A DNA stretch of 63,278 nt, the filler included, from Octopus bimaculoides (lineage: Eukaryota): assembly GCF_001194135.2 (NCBI RefSeq). It is 3 parts of 3 records of this genome, joined end to end, with 100 filler letters (N's around TTAATTAATTAA, not from the genome) between each part and the next. Parts side by side here need not be neighbours in the genome. Positions count along the whole stretch, not along the records: positions 29,967 to 61,413 come from NC_068987.1; 2 more parts are not named here. One strand, given 5' to 3'. The notes under the pieces are model-generated. The model had not been told where the DNA came from. It made no database searches and saw nothing but the letters and a program-made list of their open reading frames with translations. Of the stretch, positions 36,945 to 49,960 are shown piece by piece. The stretch's first letter is position 1. Each line of letters begins with the position of its first letter. Made by a program: the position numbers and the translations under genes.

Positions 36945-38681
36945 CATCATCATCATCGTTTTATGTCCACTTTCCATGCTGTCATGGGTTGGACGGTTTA
37001 ACTGAAGACTGGTGAGCCAGAGGCTGCACCAGGCTCAATCTGATCTGGCAAAATTTCTACAGCTGGATGCCCTTCCTAACGCCAACCACTCTGAGAATGT
37101 AGTGGGTGCTTTTACGTGCCACTGGCATGAGGGCCAGTCAGGTAGTTCTGGCAACGACCACGCTCGAATGTTGTTTTTCATGTGCCACCAGCATGTGCTG
37201 GTAAAGCGATGCTAGCAATGATCATACTCAAATGGTGCTTTTCACGTGTTACCAGCACGGGAGCCAATCTGTGGCCCTAGCAACGATCATGCTCGGATGT
37301 GCTTTTTACATTCCACTGGCATGAGTGCCAATCAGGCAGTACTGTCATTGGCCACATCAGCGATTTTGATTTGTTTACACTTATCTCAATAGGTCTTTGC
37401 AAGCAAAGTTCATTGTCCAATGAATGAAGGGTACTCATAAGTGGGCCGGTTACACCCCACATTTGGATGTGCTTTTAACGTTCCACTGGCACAAATGCCA
37501 GTCAGGCGATACTGTCATTGGCCACATCAACAATTATGATTTTGATTTCACTTGCCTCCAAGCAAGGTTTATTGTCCAATGAATAAGGGGTATTCATAAA
37601 TGAGCTGGTTACATCCACTGGCATAGGCCATGAGCTATGGTCTCACCTGGCTTTTTGGGTCTTCTCAAGCACAGCATATCTCCAAAGGCCCCAGTCACTA
37701 GTCATTGCCTCGATAAGGCCCAATGTTCGAAGGTCATGCTTCACAACCTCATCCCAGGTTTTCCTGGGTCTACCTTTTCCACAAGTTCTCTCAAGTGCTA
37801 GGGTGTGACACTTTTTCACACAGCTGTCCTCATTCATTCGCAACACATGACCGTACCAGCGCAGTCATCTCTCTTGCACACCACATCTGATGCTTTTTAA
37901 ATCCAACTTTTCTTTCAGGGTGCTTACACTCTGTTGTGTATGCACACTGACATTACACATCCAGCGGAGCATACTAGTTTCATTCCTTGCAAGCTTACGC
38001 ATGTCCTCAACAGTCACAGCCCATGTTTCGCAGGTTGTCCCATAGAAACCTCCAGTTGTCTTCCACACCATGTGATGCTATATCCCTTTCTATTTCATCA
38101 AAGGCCTCAAGTAATACATCTCTAAATCTCTGTCCATTCACAGGATCTTTAAGCTTCCAGACCCTTCTCCTCCATGCTGGTTGTCTTCTGGGTATCCATT
38201 TAGCCCTGAATTCTGAAGTCGCAAACTACTAGTGTATGTTGTGGGGTACATTCTTTGCCTGGGAAGGTTTTGGCATTTATAAGTAGCCATCTTTCCCTTT
38301 TCCTGGCGAAGATGTAGTCAATTTGGCTAGTGTGTCTAGAACGGTAGGTGACTGGCAGGTTTCCTGAAGTTAGTATTGCAAACCATAAGATCATTTGCAT
38401 CACAGAACTCTAGCAGCCTGGTTCCCTCCTCATTGCAGGAACCAAAACCATAGCCTCCATGTACGCCATGGAAGCCCCCTGCATGTTGTCCAACATGTCC
38501 ATTGAAGTCACCAGCCACAAAGAGAAGGTTCCTGTCATTCGTCGATGAGGTAGTCTGCAAGAGGGTGTCATAAAATCGGTCTTTCTGTCCATTCGGTAGC
38601 CCGGGCTGAGGGGCATAGGCCGAGATAATGGTTGCTAACCCATGATGAAGGACTAATCTAATCTTAAGTATACTATCACAT
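36945..38681 (-). mobile_element. RTE-clade LINE with APE domain and C-terminus but no RT domain
   Basis: IISAYAPQ..AGDFNGHVG..GYGFG..NEEGTRLLEFC..NTNFRK..SQIDYI..QHTLVVCDFR (APE), joined at about 38030 to ETWAVT..MLRWMC..RWYGHVLRM..GKGRPRKTWDEVVKHDL; repetitive 3'UTR; (GAT)n tail at 36945-36957. Confidence 0.92.
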
Positions 38682-39299
38682 NNNNNNNNNNNNNNNNNNN
38701 NNNNNNNNNNNNNNNNNNNNNNNNNNNNNNNNNNNNNNNNNNNNNNNNNNNNNNNNNNNNNNNNNNNNNNNNNNNNNNNNNNNNNNNNNNNNNNNNNNNN
38801 NNNNNNNNNNNNNNNNNNNNNNNNNNNNNNNNNNNNNNNNNNNNNNNNNNNNNNNNNNNNNNNNNNNNNNNNNNNNNNNNNNNNNNNNNNNNNNNNNNNN
38901 NNNNNNNNNNNNNNNNNNNNNNNNNNNNNNNNNNNNNNNNTATATATATATCCATCTTTACATACATACACACACATACATGCATGCATGAATGCATTCA
39001 TTCATTCATGCATGCATACGTTCATGTTTTGAAGTATCACAGTTGACCAAATCAATAGGTTATCTCTATCTATGAGAAGCAGATGCAAGCACATCGGTCA
39101 TATGAAAGAGACTCTTTTGTGCCCTTCACAGGAAGAAGTTTCACATCTTGCATATACTTACCAGTACATTTCAGCTCAGTGTATACAACCCTGTTATTCT
39201 TGAATAGCAATCAGATTCTTCCACAGCTCTATATATGTTGCAAGATCTTACTAGTGTTAGTATAGATATTGATTTTTTTTAGTGTGTCTTTAAGATTGT

Positions 39300-39905
<606 letters not shown>

Positions 39906-41019
39906 TATAGAGGAAATACATGGCTACTCTACATTATGTAAGAGTGGATGGGAGTAGCTGGAAGGAAGATAAAGATGATAGTGGTGGGATGCCAGGACAT
40001 AATCTCAGATACAAGTGAGGAAAGGAAATAATATGGATAAAGAACTGACATGGGTAGGTGGATAAGTTCATTAGAATGTAAGAGAAGAGTGGCAGATAGT
40101 TATGGGGAAGTGATGGTGTAGAAGTGAATGTAGTGAATGGAACTAGGGTGGATATGTGATCATTTGTAAATATCATTATGACAAGGTTAAGGCAACAGGA
40201 TAGAAGTGGCTCAGGAGAGAGGAGGTAAGTGGCATTACAGGAAGGGAGGTGGGGAGAGAGAGGGATGTACAGTGACTGAGATGGCTGTCAGAAATATGTG
40301 GAGGTGGCTGTAGTGAGTGGGGACTAAGGAAGAGGGAAGGGGCTTTGATGGCCAATAGAACTTGGTGATGAGAGCAAATAAGAAAAGATGATAAAGATGT
40401 TGTAATAGCAGCCTAAAACATATTTCAGAGGTACAGAAATGGGTGATGGGTAGAAAATAAAGTGGGAAGGGATGATATTGAGAATAAGGGATGGATTTTA
40501 AAAGGAAGTGGTTCCTAAAGAAATAAAATCATGCTTACAGTGAAAAATCATTTCTTTTTCTTTAATCAATACAGGCTTTCATGTATGTAATACATGTTAG
40601 GTTATCCTAGATGCTGTTCATGGACTGCTTTTACTTATGAAACTTTAAAGAAGACAAGCTGGTGCTAGATTGCTGGTGTGCTTTGAAAATGTTGAGATTC
40701 TGCCAAAGAAATACATAATTTTTTTTATTTGTTTAACTGTTGTTAATCTGGCACTTTCAAGATTTTGGTTGGTTGGTTGGTTGGTTACTGTTTTACATTA
40801 TTATTTTTTGTAGTTGTTGTTATTGATATGTTTGTTTTATCTGTATTCTGTCATTCCTGTTGTGTTTCTAGGAATTTACATTTGGGGATGGTGGTGGAAG
40901 TGGTCATTGGTTGGTGACAGCAGGAAAGAGAGGAGAGAAGAAATGATTTACCAATTTACTTTTGACAAACTGTTTTTTAGATGGATGTTTAGCAGGAGCG
41001 GTGATGGCAATGGGAAAAC

Positions 41020-41290
41020 TGGTCATACAGTGGTGGTGGTGGGAACTGGTCATAGTGGTGGTGTTGACAGGGGAGATTGGCTATGATGGTGGTGGTGATG
41101 GTGATGGGGAGGTTGGTTATAATGGTAGTGGTGATGATGGGGAAGATTGATCATAATGATGATGGGGTGGGATTGGTCATAATGATAGGGGTGGTAAGGG
41201 AGAGTGATCATAGTGGTGGTGGTGTTGGTGGTGTGGAAGATTAGTCATAACAGTGGTGGTCATGCTAATGAGGAAACTGGTGGCAGTGAA
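41020..41290. repeat. Degenerate G-rich minisatellite (about 27-33 bp unit GGGAGATTGGTCATAATGGTGGTGGTGAT)
   Basis: Recurring GGTCATA/GATCATA cores separated by GGT/GAT runs. Confidence 0.7.
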
Positions 41291-42244
41291 AGTAAGAATG
41301 GATCAAATAGTATTTCATAGATATTACTAGAAGTATCTCTGTGGTGGCTGTCATGGGGAGATTTATGGGGATTTATTGTTTACTGTTAAATATTGAGTAG
41401 ATTCACTGTTAAACCTGAACAAGTGGAGTGAAGTCTGGCTAGCATGTGAATGGTTGCAGAGTGTGGGGGAAGAGTTTGTGAAATGTAGGAATAGAATAGA
41501 TTGTCTGAACTAAACTATTATATTTAGTTATTCATTTGTTTTGCAAGATTCTTGATGTGAAATTGTGTGTTGAAACAGATAGTGTTAAACTTGGGGATGA
41601 TCATATTTTGCTACTTAAACTCATGCACTGCATATTTGGTCTTCAGTTCAGCTTTATTACTATTATTTTAGTTTCTTTGTCAAAACTCTTTTGTCACACT
41701 ACCTGTGACCTCTTCAGCAACTCCTTTATCCCATGTATCTCCTTTCGTTCTGCTTATTCTATTTTGTAATACCACAGAAATTCAAAATGGAATAAGCAGG
41801 ACAAGAGGGGACATGTGAGATAAAAGGATGCATGATGAAAGCGCTTAGACAAAGGACACTAAAATAAAAATAATAATAAAACTGAAGTGAAGACCAAATA
41901 TATAGTGTGTGTGTTTAATTGGCAAAATATGTCCATCCTCAAGTATAATAATATATTAAGGGTTCTGTGAAATACAGGCAAGTAGTAGATTCTACAGCTG
42001 GATGCAGCTCCTAATACCAACCATTTTACAGAGTATACTGGGTGCATTTTTTCATGACACCAGTGTTAGTGAGGTTGCCAAATGACTTCCAAGACAAGAT
42101 TATTCAACTGTAGTGAGACAAGGAAAATGTGAGGAAAAAGTTCTTGCACATCTGGGGTGGAACAAGTGTCAGGTGGGTTTGGATGGAAAATCACTTGGGA
42201 AAAAAATTGGTCTTTGATGATATAAAAATGTAAGAACAATAATA

Positions 42245-42463
42245 TATTGGTTTCAAATCTTGGCACAAGGCTAGCAATTTTAGAAGAGGGGTAAGTTGAT
42301 TACATCAACCTTGGTTCTCAACTGGTACTTATTTTATCGACCCTGAAAGGATGAAAGGCAAAGCCAACCTCTGTGGAATTTGGATTCAGAAGATAAAGAA
42401 ATGGATGAAATGCCACTAAGCATTTTCCCCAGTATGCTAATGATTCTGCCAGCTCACCACCTT
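42245..42463 (-). mobile_element. Full-length SINE-A copy, CpG-decayed
   Basis: Reverse complement AAGGTGGTGAGCTGGCAGAATCATTAGCATACTGGGG.. where intergenic copies have CpG. Confidence 0.85.
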
Positions 42464-43024
42464 AAAGACCAGTAATATATTGAGAACAATAGAATCATTT
42501 GTTCTCTTCCCACTCCCACTAATCATTTGCTGAAGATAATAATAATGAGCTTATTGTATGCAGTGTACTGTGCTCAGGTGCACTACAACTTGTCAGAAAA
42601 TGTTAATAGAAGAAACAGAAAGCAGCCATTAGCAGAGTGAAAAAGAAAGAAGTCAGTAATGGAGGCATAGACTAAAACACAAAAGTACAGAAAAGTGAAC
42701 TGTAAAAAAGCCATAAAAAAATAAAGGTGTATAGGTACATCAGGAGTAGTGTTTGGAAAGCATGTCCTGACAGCTAACAACCAGCATGGATAGTTTATTC
42801 CTTGCTTCAGCAATTCTGAACATGAAAAAATGTTTTTGAAATTAATGAGTACTGTGCTATTTTTTTATTTTATAAGCATATCCACAAGTTGTAGCAGTAT
42901 TTAATTAAAAAAGATGGCCAAAGTTGTTGGGAAGATGGTGGATAATCTTGTGGGCTTCTACCAAGTCAGAAATAGGGCTTTACATCTTAGAATGAAATTG
43001 TTTTTAATATATTTTGGACTAGTT

Positions 43025-43455
43025 AAGGTGGTGAGCTGGTAGAAACATTAACATGCCGGGTGAAATGCTTAGTGGTATTTCGTCTGCCGCTATGTTCTGA
43101 GTTCAAATTCCACCGAGGTTGACTTTGCCTTTCATCCTTTTGGGGTCGATGAATTAAGTACCAGTTATGCACTGGGGGATCGATGTAATCGACTTAACCC
43201 CTTTGTCTGTCTTTGCTTGTCCCCTCTATGTTTAGTCCCTTGTGGGCAATAAAGAAATAAGAAACATTAGCACACCAAACAAAACGTTTAGCAGCATTCA
43301 TCCATCCTTACATTTTGAGTTCAAATTCTGCTGAGGTTAACTTTGCCTTTCATCCTTTTGGGATTGATAAAATGAGTACCAGTTGAGTACTGGGGTTGAT
43401 GTAACAGACTTACCTCCTCCCCTGAACTCGCTGGTCCTGTACCAAAATTTAAAAA
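43025..43455 (+). mobile_element. Young SINE-A variant (43025-43260, alternative tail) followed by an older SINE-A (43261-43455)
   Basis: GAAACATTA occurs at 43042-50 and 43261-69, compatible with insertion of one copy into the head of another. Confidence 0.8.
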
Positions 43456-44193
43456 CAATACATTTTGAACTGGTTACTGTGGTATGATAAGTTCTTAGTG
43501 AAGAAAATTTCTGGCCAGTCCTACTCTTAACTGGAGTCATATAAACTTCAGCATCATACCAGTATAAACTTCTATACCAGTCATTACCTGGATAACCATC
43601 TACTAGCATCAGCACAATAAGGAACACTCAACTCATTTGCTTGATTGTTTCAAATAACAGTCGAACCTCCTTTGACTATCTTGAAAAAAGTGAACAACAC
43701 CTTGAATAAAGCAGTTCTACATATTCTGTTTGGAAAAAAATGTGGTGGTCATACCTGTCATGCCTTTGACTGATCTGGGGCTAAACAACAACAACCACTA
43801 TAACTAAATGACAATTACTACATCACCTAAATGCAATTCATTTGTATGTCATCACCAAACCAACTAATCTACTTGATTGTTGACCTGTTTAGAGTTATCA
43901 CCAATACCAAGCCTCTACCAGACAAACCTTGCCACCACCACTACTACCAAACCATCATAACTACCACACTTTTAGTACTACTCATTGTATTTACCTCACC
44001 ACTTCCACTTCTCTCTTTATTTTGGCACTATGGCCACTACATAGAGGGGGACATTACAAGGACAGACAATACAGTACAAAACGTGGGGTACATTTAACGA
44101 ATGAAAACATGAATTATTAAAATGAAGGATGAAATGGCTAACGAGCCCCACAAAGCTCGCATTTTTATTTTACCATTCTATTTATACAGTTTT

Positions 44194-44460
44194 TTAATTC
44201 ACGTCTTCATCTGTTATAAGCTCGGTTACGTCGTCCAACCCAATTACATTAGGCAGACTCTCGTATCGAACAAATATTCTACTGTTCGTAATTATATCTG
44301 GGAACAACTCTTTTAATTTTTCCACTTTGTCTTTCTCTATTAGTACTGCTCTTTGGTTTGCTTCAAACATATCTGTGCTCAACTTAACTCTCGTCAAACC
44401 TTTGATGCCACTTCCATCACCACTGCCACAACCATCACAACTGCCACCACCACCATCACA
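44194..44460 (-). CDS. Candidate coding remnant or terminal exon in a CpG-retaining islet
   Basis: Open frame ..GIKGLTRVKLSTDMFEANQRAVLIEKDKVEKLKELFPDIITNSRIFVRYESLPNVIGLDDVTELITDEDVN*; AATAAA about 25 nt after the stop; 12 CpG in about 310 bp within a CpG-poor domain. The best nearby acceptor (TTTTTTTGTCTTTAG) is followed by a stop in this frame. Confidence 0.3.
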   Translation of the reverse strand, partial: CDGGGGSCDGCGSGDGSGIKGLTRVKLSTDMFEANQRAVLIEKDKVEKLKELFPDIITNSRIFVRYESLPNVIGLDDVTELITDEDVN

Positions 44461-44552
44461 ACTACCACTAATATATTCTCCTTATTGCTCTGTCTAAAGA
44501 CAAAAAAATGGTATATCTATGTTGGATTAGATGTATCTCTGTTGGATCAGAT

Positions 44553-44770
44553 GTTGTTTAGCCCCAGGTAATTCCTGAACCATCAGACCTACAAAGATGT
44601 TCCAGCTGTGATCATGCAGTCTTTTAATTTTTCTTTTTTTTTTCACACAAACTGCATTTTGTAATGTGTCCTTTGCTTTATTTAAAGACTGTACTGTCTA
44701 ATCTTTTAAAAAGGCAAAGGAAGAAGATTTAGCTGCTATTTCTAGTAAGTCAAACAACTATATTGAGGCA
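44553..44770 (-). mobile_element. Degenerate interspersed repeat (family E; related copies at about 23400-23520, 43760-43800, 47350-47515, 48450-48590)
   Basis: Shared GTTGTTTAGCCCC.., CAGACC.A..CAAAG..TTCCAGC and GATTTAGCTGCTATTTCTAG motifs; (AAC)n tail on its sense strand. Class not established. Confidence 0.5.
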
Positions 44771-46184
44771 GACTCTCTGGCTCAATCTTGTATTGTGTAT
44801 CAAGTCATTTAGGCCTTCTCTCACAAACTTATGATCAAACATGTTCCAGCTTTGACCATTCCACTTTTTTCTTCAAACATAATGTCTCTATGACTACATT
44901 ACTTGTTGAGGTTATCTCTACAGATTATCTCTAGAAACTATAGCCAGCACTGATTTTCTTACAATGTTTCGTATGTGAGACACCTAATGTAAACAGCAGT
45001 AAGATCAAAGATGAAAAATGGGTATTGGGTATACATGACATATTTCAGGAGTTTTTGCTCCTTCATCAGAACTCATCTAACCCCACTTAATCATCCACAA
45101 ACTCATTGCTTAAATAGCCACTAAATATAGCAGTGTAATGTTATTGGATATCCCAATTTTACATATTAAACACATTCCAGGAATGTGTTGGATATATAAA
45201 GTAGAAGTAGTAGTAATAGTATTAGTGGCAGCGATAGTAGTAGTAGTAGTAGTAGCAGCAGCAGCAGCAGCAGCAGCAGCAATATAAACAGTAACATAAA
45301 AAAAAAAACTGTAAGGGAGAGTAAATTTTGGCAATAGACTAAGAATGAAAATTGCTCATTAAGGGCATCAGTCTGGCAGTTAACTTTCTTCAGTTATACC
45401 ATCTTGAGAATATTGTATTTCAGTCATTGATTTTGGAGAAATATAATGGATATGGTGTACTTTAAGGTTTCACCAAACTACAAGAGATTTGGTGTCTTTA
45501 ATTATTGATTTCTAATAATGGCACTGGTTTTGGGAAATGACACAATATACAAGTATGTATTTTATCATTCCTGGGATGATGTGAAGCAAAGTTGTCCATG
45601 GCTAAACTCAACTAAACATAAGGCATTTTCTCTATCACTCTACATTCTCTATAATCCATTGCTAGCTCATTTGATTCTTGTTTGGACATTCTTGCTTTTT
45701 AATCTGTTTTCAAAGACTCAAAAATGCTAGAATTTCCTCTTCTTTGTTACTAAAATTGTCTAAATTATTCCTATATATCTGTGGTTTTTAGTTGAAACAC
45801 TTCTCACTTGTCATTCCCAATGTCTTCTTTATATTTTACCATAAACCCCAACATATCCTACATAACCCACCACTAAAAAAAACTTCACATTTTTGCACTC
45901 TAAGGCCCTATAGTTGAGGGAAGATTTAAAAGCAAGGGTGGATTAACAGATTAGTATGATAGTGCTAATAAATATGTACATGAGGCATGTGGTGTACATG
46001 TTGACTTCATTTCACACTTAGAATGACTTTACTTACTTCTCAGAAACATTTGAGAAAGATATGAATTGACATAGGCATGGCTGTGTGGATAAGAATTATA
46101 AGCACACTGGATTGCTTTTGGGCATTTCTTCCAGTTTTACATTTTGAGTGGAAATTCTGCACTAACCCTAAACCTAACCCAAAC

Positions 46185-46480
46185 CCTTTCATCCTTTTGG
46201 GGCTGATAAAATAAGTACCAGTTGAGTATTGGCGTTGATGTAATTGACTTACCTGCTCCCTTAAAATTACTGGCCTTGTGCCAAAATTTGAAACCATTAT
46301 TATTATAATAAAGGCGGTGAGCTGGCAGAATGGTTAGCAGTATTTCATTTGTTACTACATTCTTAGTTCAGATTCCACCGCGGTCAATTTTGCCTTTCAT
46401 CCTTTCGTGGTCAACTGGCACCCTCCCACCAAATTTCAGGCCTTGTGCCTATAGTAGAAAAGATTATTATTATTATAATG
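46185..46480 (+). mobile_element. Two tandem SINE-A copies (partial 46185-46305; internally deleted 46311-46480)
   Basis: Family body and head motifs with (ATT)n tails. Confidence 0.8.
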
Positions 46481-47986
46481 ATGATGATGATGATGATGAT
46501 GACATAATTCATCAAGGTGAGAACTAATAAGATAGGTCTCACCTGTTATTGAAGTTGACATTCCATATCAGTTCCAACAGGGCTCTATTAATATTCAGTG
46601 TACTCTTAAGAAACCACACTGATAATATGTAAGAGAAACAGCAGCTGTAAACACCTTACTGACTTTTCAACTAACCTGATTTAAACCAGGAATATTTCAA
46701 GATGATTTCTGTAGATAGATATACATGTAACCATAAACACATACTCTCTCTCTCTTTCTCTCTCTCTCTCCCTCTCTCTCTCTCTCCCTCTTTCTCTCCC
46801 TCTCTCTCCACCTCTCCCCCCGCTCTCACATACTCACACATACACATAATGTTGCCTATCTTTTGCAATTTTAAAATTCCAACTTGTAGATATTTGCATA
46901 AATCTACTTGCTCCATAGTCGCTGATATTCGAGGTTAGCTTGCTTTCATTGTCCTTATAACAGAAAATGGTAGGTAATCTTGATATATAAAACAGATTTT
47001 GTGTGTGCATATGTTCCTTATGGATTTGAAAACTGAGTTACAGATTTTGACGTATGAGGTATCAAAATATTCAGTAATCTTTTGGCTACCAAATAAAGTA
47101 TGATTTTTGCACAACAACTCTTTTTTACTACAAAAATAACCTTGAAAATGAGATTTTATTGCACAATTTTGAGATCTTTAACTAACAGAGGCAACTCTGC
47201 CTGAACGGTATGTCTTACATAGAGTATAATGAGAAAATGCTTAAAATACTTGGAGTTTTACCAGGGAATGAAACTTTGAAGAGATACCGTCAACTTTATT
47301 AGAATTATTTACTAGATAATCTTGTAATGTGAAGTATGTTTGTTTGTGTTTTGTTTAGCCCAGAGTTGCCTCTGATGTAGCAGACCCATCACATACTTCT
47401 TTTTTTTTTTTTTCTTCCTGAAATACTGTAAATCTGTGTCTTTCTTTTGATGAAAAAATGTGTTTTAAGAAAGATTTAGCTGCTATTTGTAATAGCTCAA
47501 GTTACCACAGACACAACTCTGTTTGTGTGTTTTGTTGTGGTGAAAAAATTACTTTTTCTCAAAATATTTTGCACAATAATTTTTAAAGAAATCTGGACAT
47601 CTTTCTTACTTCTAACCATTCGACTTTAAATTACAATTGTTAATTGTTGGAAGTCAAATAGACTGCAATGTACATATATTGTTATTGTATAGAGTGGAAG
47701 TTCAGTATGAAGTTTTGAACTCATTATCTTGTGGTTAGTAATCCATTACCTTGAATTTGAAGCCATTAAATCTTTAAACATTATTTTACTGGATTTAGTC
47801 TTTCGACTATTGCCAAGATGGAGTATTACCTTCAAAAATTCAATTGAGCATACTGATCTCAGTACACATTTCAATCTGGCATTTATTTTATAGACTTCTA
47901 CTTGATGAACTGCTAACGTTGAAACATAGTGGGATGCAATACTCAATTTAACAACAAATGTAAAACACACACACACACACTCATAC

Positions 47987-48127
47987 TAGGTGCAAAAATG
48001 ACTGTGTGGTTGAGAAGTTTGCTTCCCAACCACATGGTTCCATGTTCAGTCCCTCTGTATGTACTTTGGGCAAGTGTTTTCTACTATAGCCCTAGGCTAT
48101 AGTAGAATTTGGTAGACAGAAACTGCA
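47987..48127 (+). mobile_element. SINE-C 5' half with CORE-like segment
   Basis: GACTGTGTGGTTGAGAAGTTTGCTTCCCAACCACATGG..CTTTGGGCAAGTGTTTTCTACTATAGCC..GGTAGACAGAAACTG. Confidence 0.8.
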
Positions 48128-48129
48128 GC

Positions 48130-48280
48130 ATTGTTCATCAGAAAATAACCAAAAAACATGTTTATAAAGAAGAGTTGTTTGCTTCATACTCCTCGTGTGC
48201 CGATTCTGTTCATAAAAAAGGAATGAATAATATGTGGCTGTAGGTCATAACACCCAAGCAACACCGGGGTGCATTGTTAG
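48130..48280 (+). mobile_element. Decayed Helitron 3' terminus
   Basis: CCAAGCAACACCGGGG..TTAG|T matches the 14.7-kb Helitron end (CCGAGCAACGCCGGG..CTAG|T) with CpG-to-CpA changes; upstream TKKHVYKE resembles a RepHel C-terminus. Confidence 0.5.
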
Positions 48281-48661
48281 TTGTTAAAATAACTGTGGGT
48301 TAATGCGCTATTATCTTATAGCCATCTTTTCTCAGAAGAAGGAACCTTCTCCTTACATGAGAAATTCATCTCTCCTCATGACATCAATTTATACAGTTTT
48401 TCAGTTACTATTAACTGTTTTTTGTTTAGCCAATTCTAATTTTAGTTATTGTTGCTTAGGTCAACACTGATTTTGTAAATCTGTGGTCAGAGGTATTCCA
48501 GCCTCAACCATGCCTGACTTTTAAGAGTATCAATATGTCTCTTTTTTTAAGACAATAAGAAGGTGTGATTTGAGAGAAAATTAGCTCCTCCCTCATTGAT
48601 TTTAAAAAGAAAATATTTCTTATCTAGCTGTTATCCAAAACCCAATATTAAAATATATTAT

Positions 48662-48872
48662 AAAGGTAGCAAGCTGGCAGAACCATTAACATGCTGAGTG
48701 AAATGCTTAGCAGCATTTTATCTGTCTTTATGTTTTGAGTTCAAAGGTCTACTTTATCTTTCATCCTTTCAGGGTTGATAAAATAAGAACCAGTTGAATA
48801 CTAGGTCAATGTAATCAACTTGCCTTCTCCCAGCAAGATTGCTGGTCTTGTGCCAAAATTTGAAATCAATAT
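48662..48872 (+). mobile_element. SINE-A copy, CpG-decayed
   Basis: AAAGGTAGCAAGCTGGCAGAACCATTAACATGCTGAGTGAAATGCTTAG..TCATCCTTTCAGGGTTGATAAAATAAG. Confidence 0.82.
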
Positions 48873-49131
48873 TAGAAGGGTGTTGCAAAAAAAAAAAACA
48901 ATCTTAAATTTACCATTCTTGATAAATGTTTCAACAGCAAAAGCAGTGTGCACTAGTCCAAGAAATAATGGGAACTGCAAAAAGAAAACAAAGATGTAAA
49001 ATATTAGTTCTATGAAGACAATGTTAACCATCTGCCTAACATCACTAGCATCACACCCAGGAGTGTGTAAAATATGGGCGGTTCTTTAGTCACACCTTGT
49101 ATATATATGTATGTATGTGTGTGTATGTGAG

Positions 49132-49450
49132 TCATCATCATTATTTAATGTCTGTCTTCCATACTGGATGGGTTGGACAATTTGATATGAGCTAGGCAAG
49201 CCAGAGAGCTGCTTCAAGTTCCATTGTCTTCTTTTGCATGGTTTCTATGGCTGGATGCCCTTCCTAATGCCAACCACTACAGAGTGTACTGGTTTTTTTT
49301 ATATAGCACCTGTACCAGTGGGGTTGCCAAGTAACTTGTGAGAGGAAGACTTCTCAGTTATGAGAGGGAGTGGAACCATGGGAGGTGGCTTTGTGCTAGT
49401 TAAAGTATAATAGAAGGATAGAGATAGGTGTCTTACTATAGAGGAGACAC
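49132..49450 (-). mobile_element. RTE-type 3' end (LINE 3'UTR or RTE-tailed SINE); related pieces at about 35022-35100, 41990-42110, 61945-62224
   Basis: (CAT)n then GGGTTGGAC..GCTGGATGCCCTTCCTAATGCCAACCAC, the same terminal block as 36945-37100. Confidence 0.75.
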
Positions 49451-49869
49451 TTGGCTAGCCTAGTAAGAAAAGAAAGGAAAGGAAGGAGAGATCAAGTTAG
49501 AAATAAAGATAGATAGATAGAGAGAGAGAAATAGCTGGTGGAACAGTGGGGGAAGTGGGTATAAGTGATACAAATTCCATTTTGTCCTATGCAAGCAAAG
49601 AAAAGATGTTAAATGATTATGATGATGACAATGGCACATTAGATACATATGCACACACATACGCTCAAGGTTTAATGAAGTAAATAACAATTATAGTGTT
49701 GTTGATTCCTGCATTCTAGTATTTAATCAATTTTAAGAGGACTACTGCTAGTGGTTCTTGGGCTACTGCTAGTGACAATTTCCCTCTAGGTTAATTCTTG
49801 TGGATAACCCTGGATATTTATGTATTTATTTAATTAACCTTCATTAACTCTCTTTTATTAATGATTTTC

Positions 49870-49895
49870 TTTTTGTCTTTTTTTTTTCTCCACAG
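49870..49895 (+). promoter_or_regulatory. 3' splice acceptor of an intron in the ELOVL 5'UTR
   Basis: TTTTTGTCTTTTTTTTTTCTCCACAG ending at 49895, 65 nt upstream of the ATG. Confidence 0.7.
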
Positions 49896-49960
49896 ACTGA
49901 AGGCACTAAGAAGATTGTCCATCCAGTATTTTTGCTGAAGATATTTCTTCCTCAGGTATC

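Noticed and set aside
43588-43725. Minus-strand exon-like segment with strong acceptor and donor and a single in-frame TGA (selenocysteine idea)
   Set aside because: All frames are closed, no SECIS seen, no homology.
44140-44172. Bacterial-style intrinsic terminator (hairpin plus T-run)
   Set aside because: Short stem, eukaryotic context, and no plus-strand gene upstream of it.
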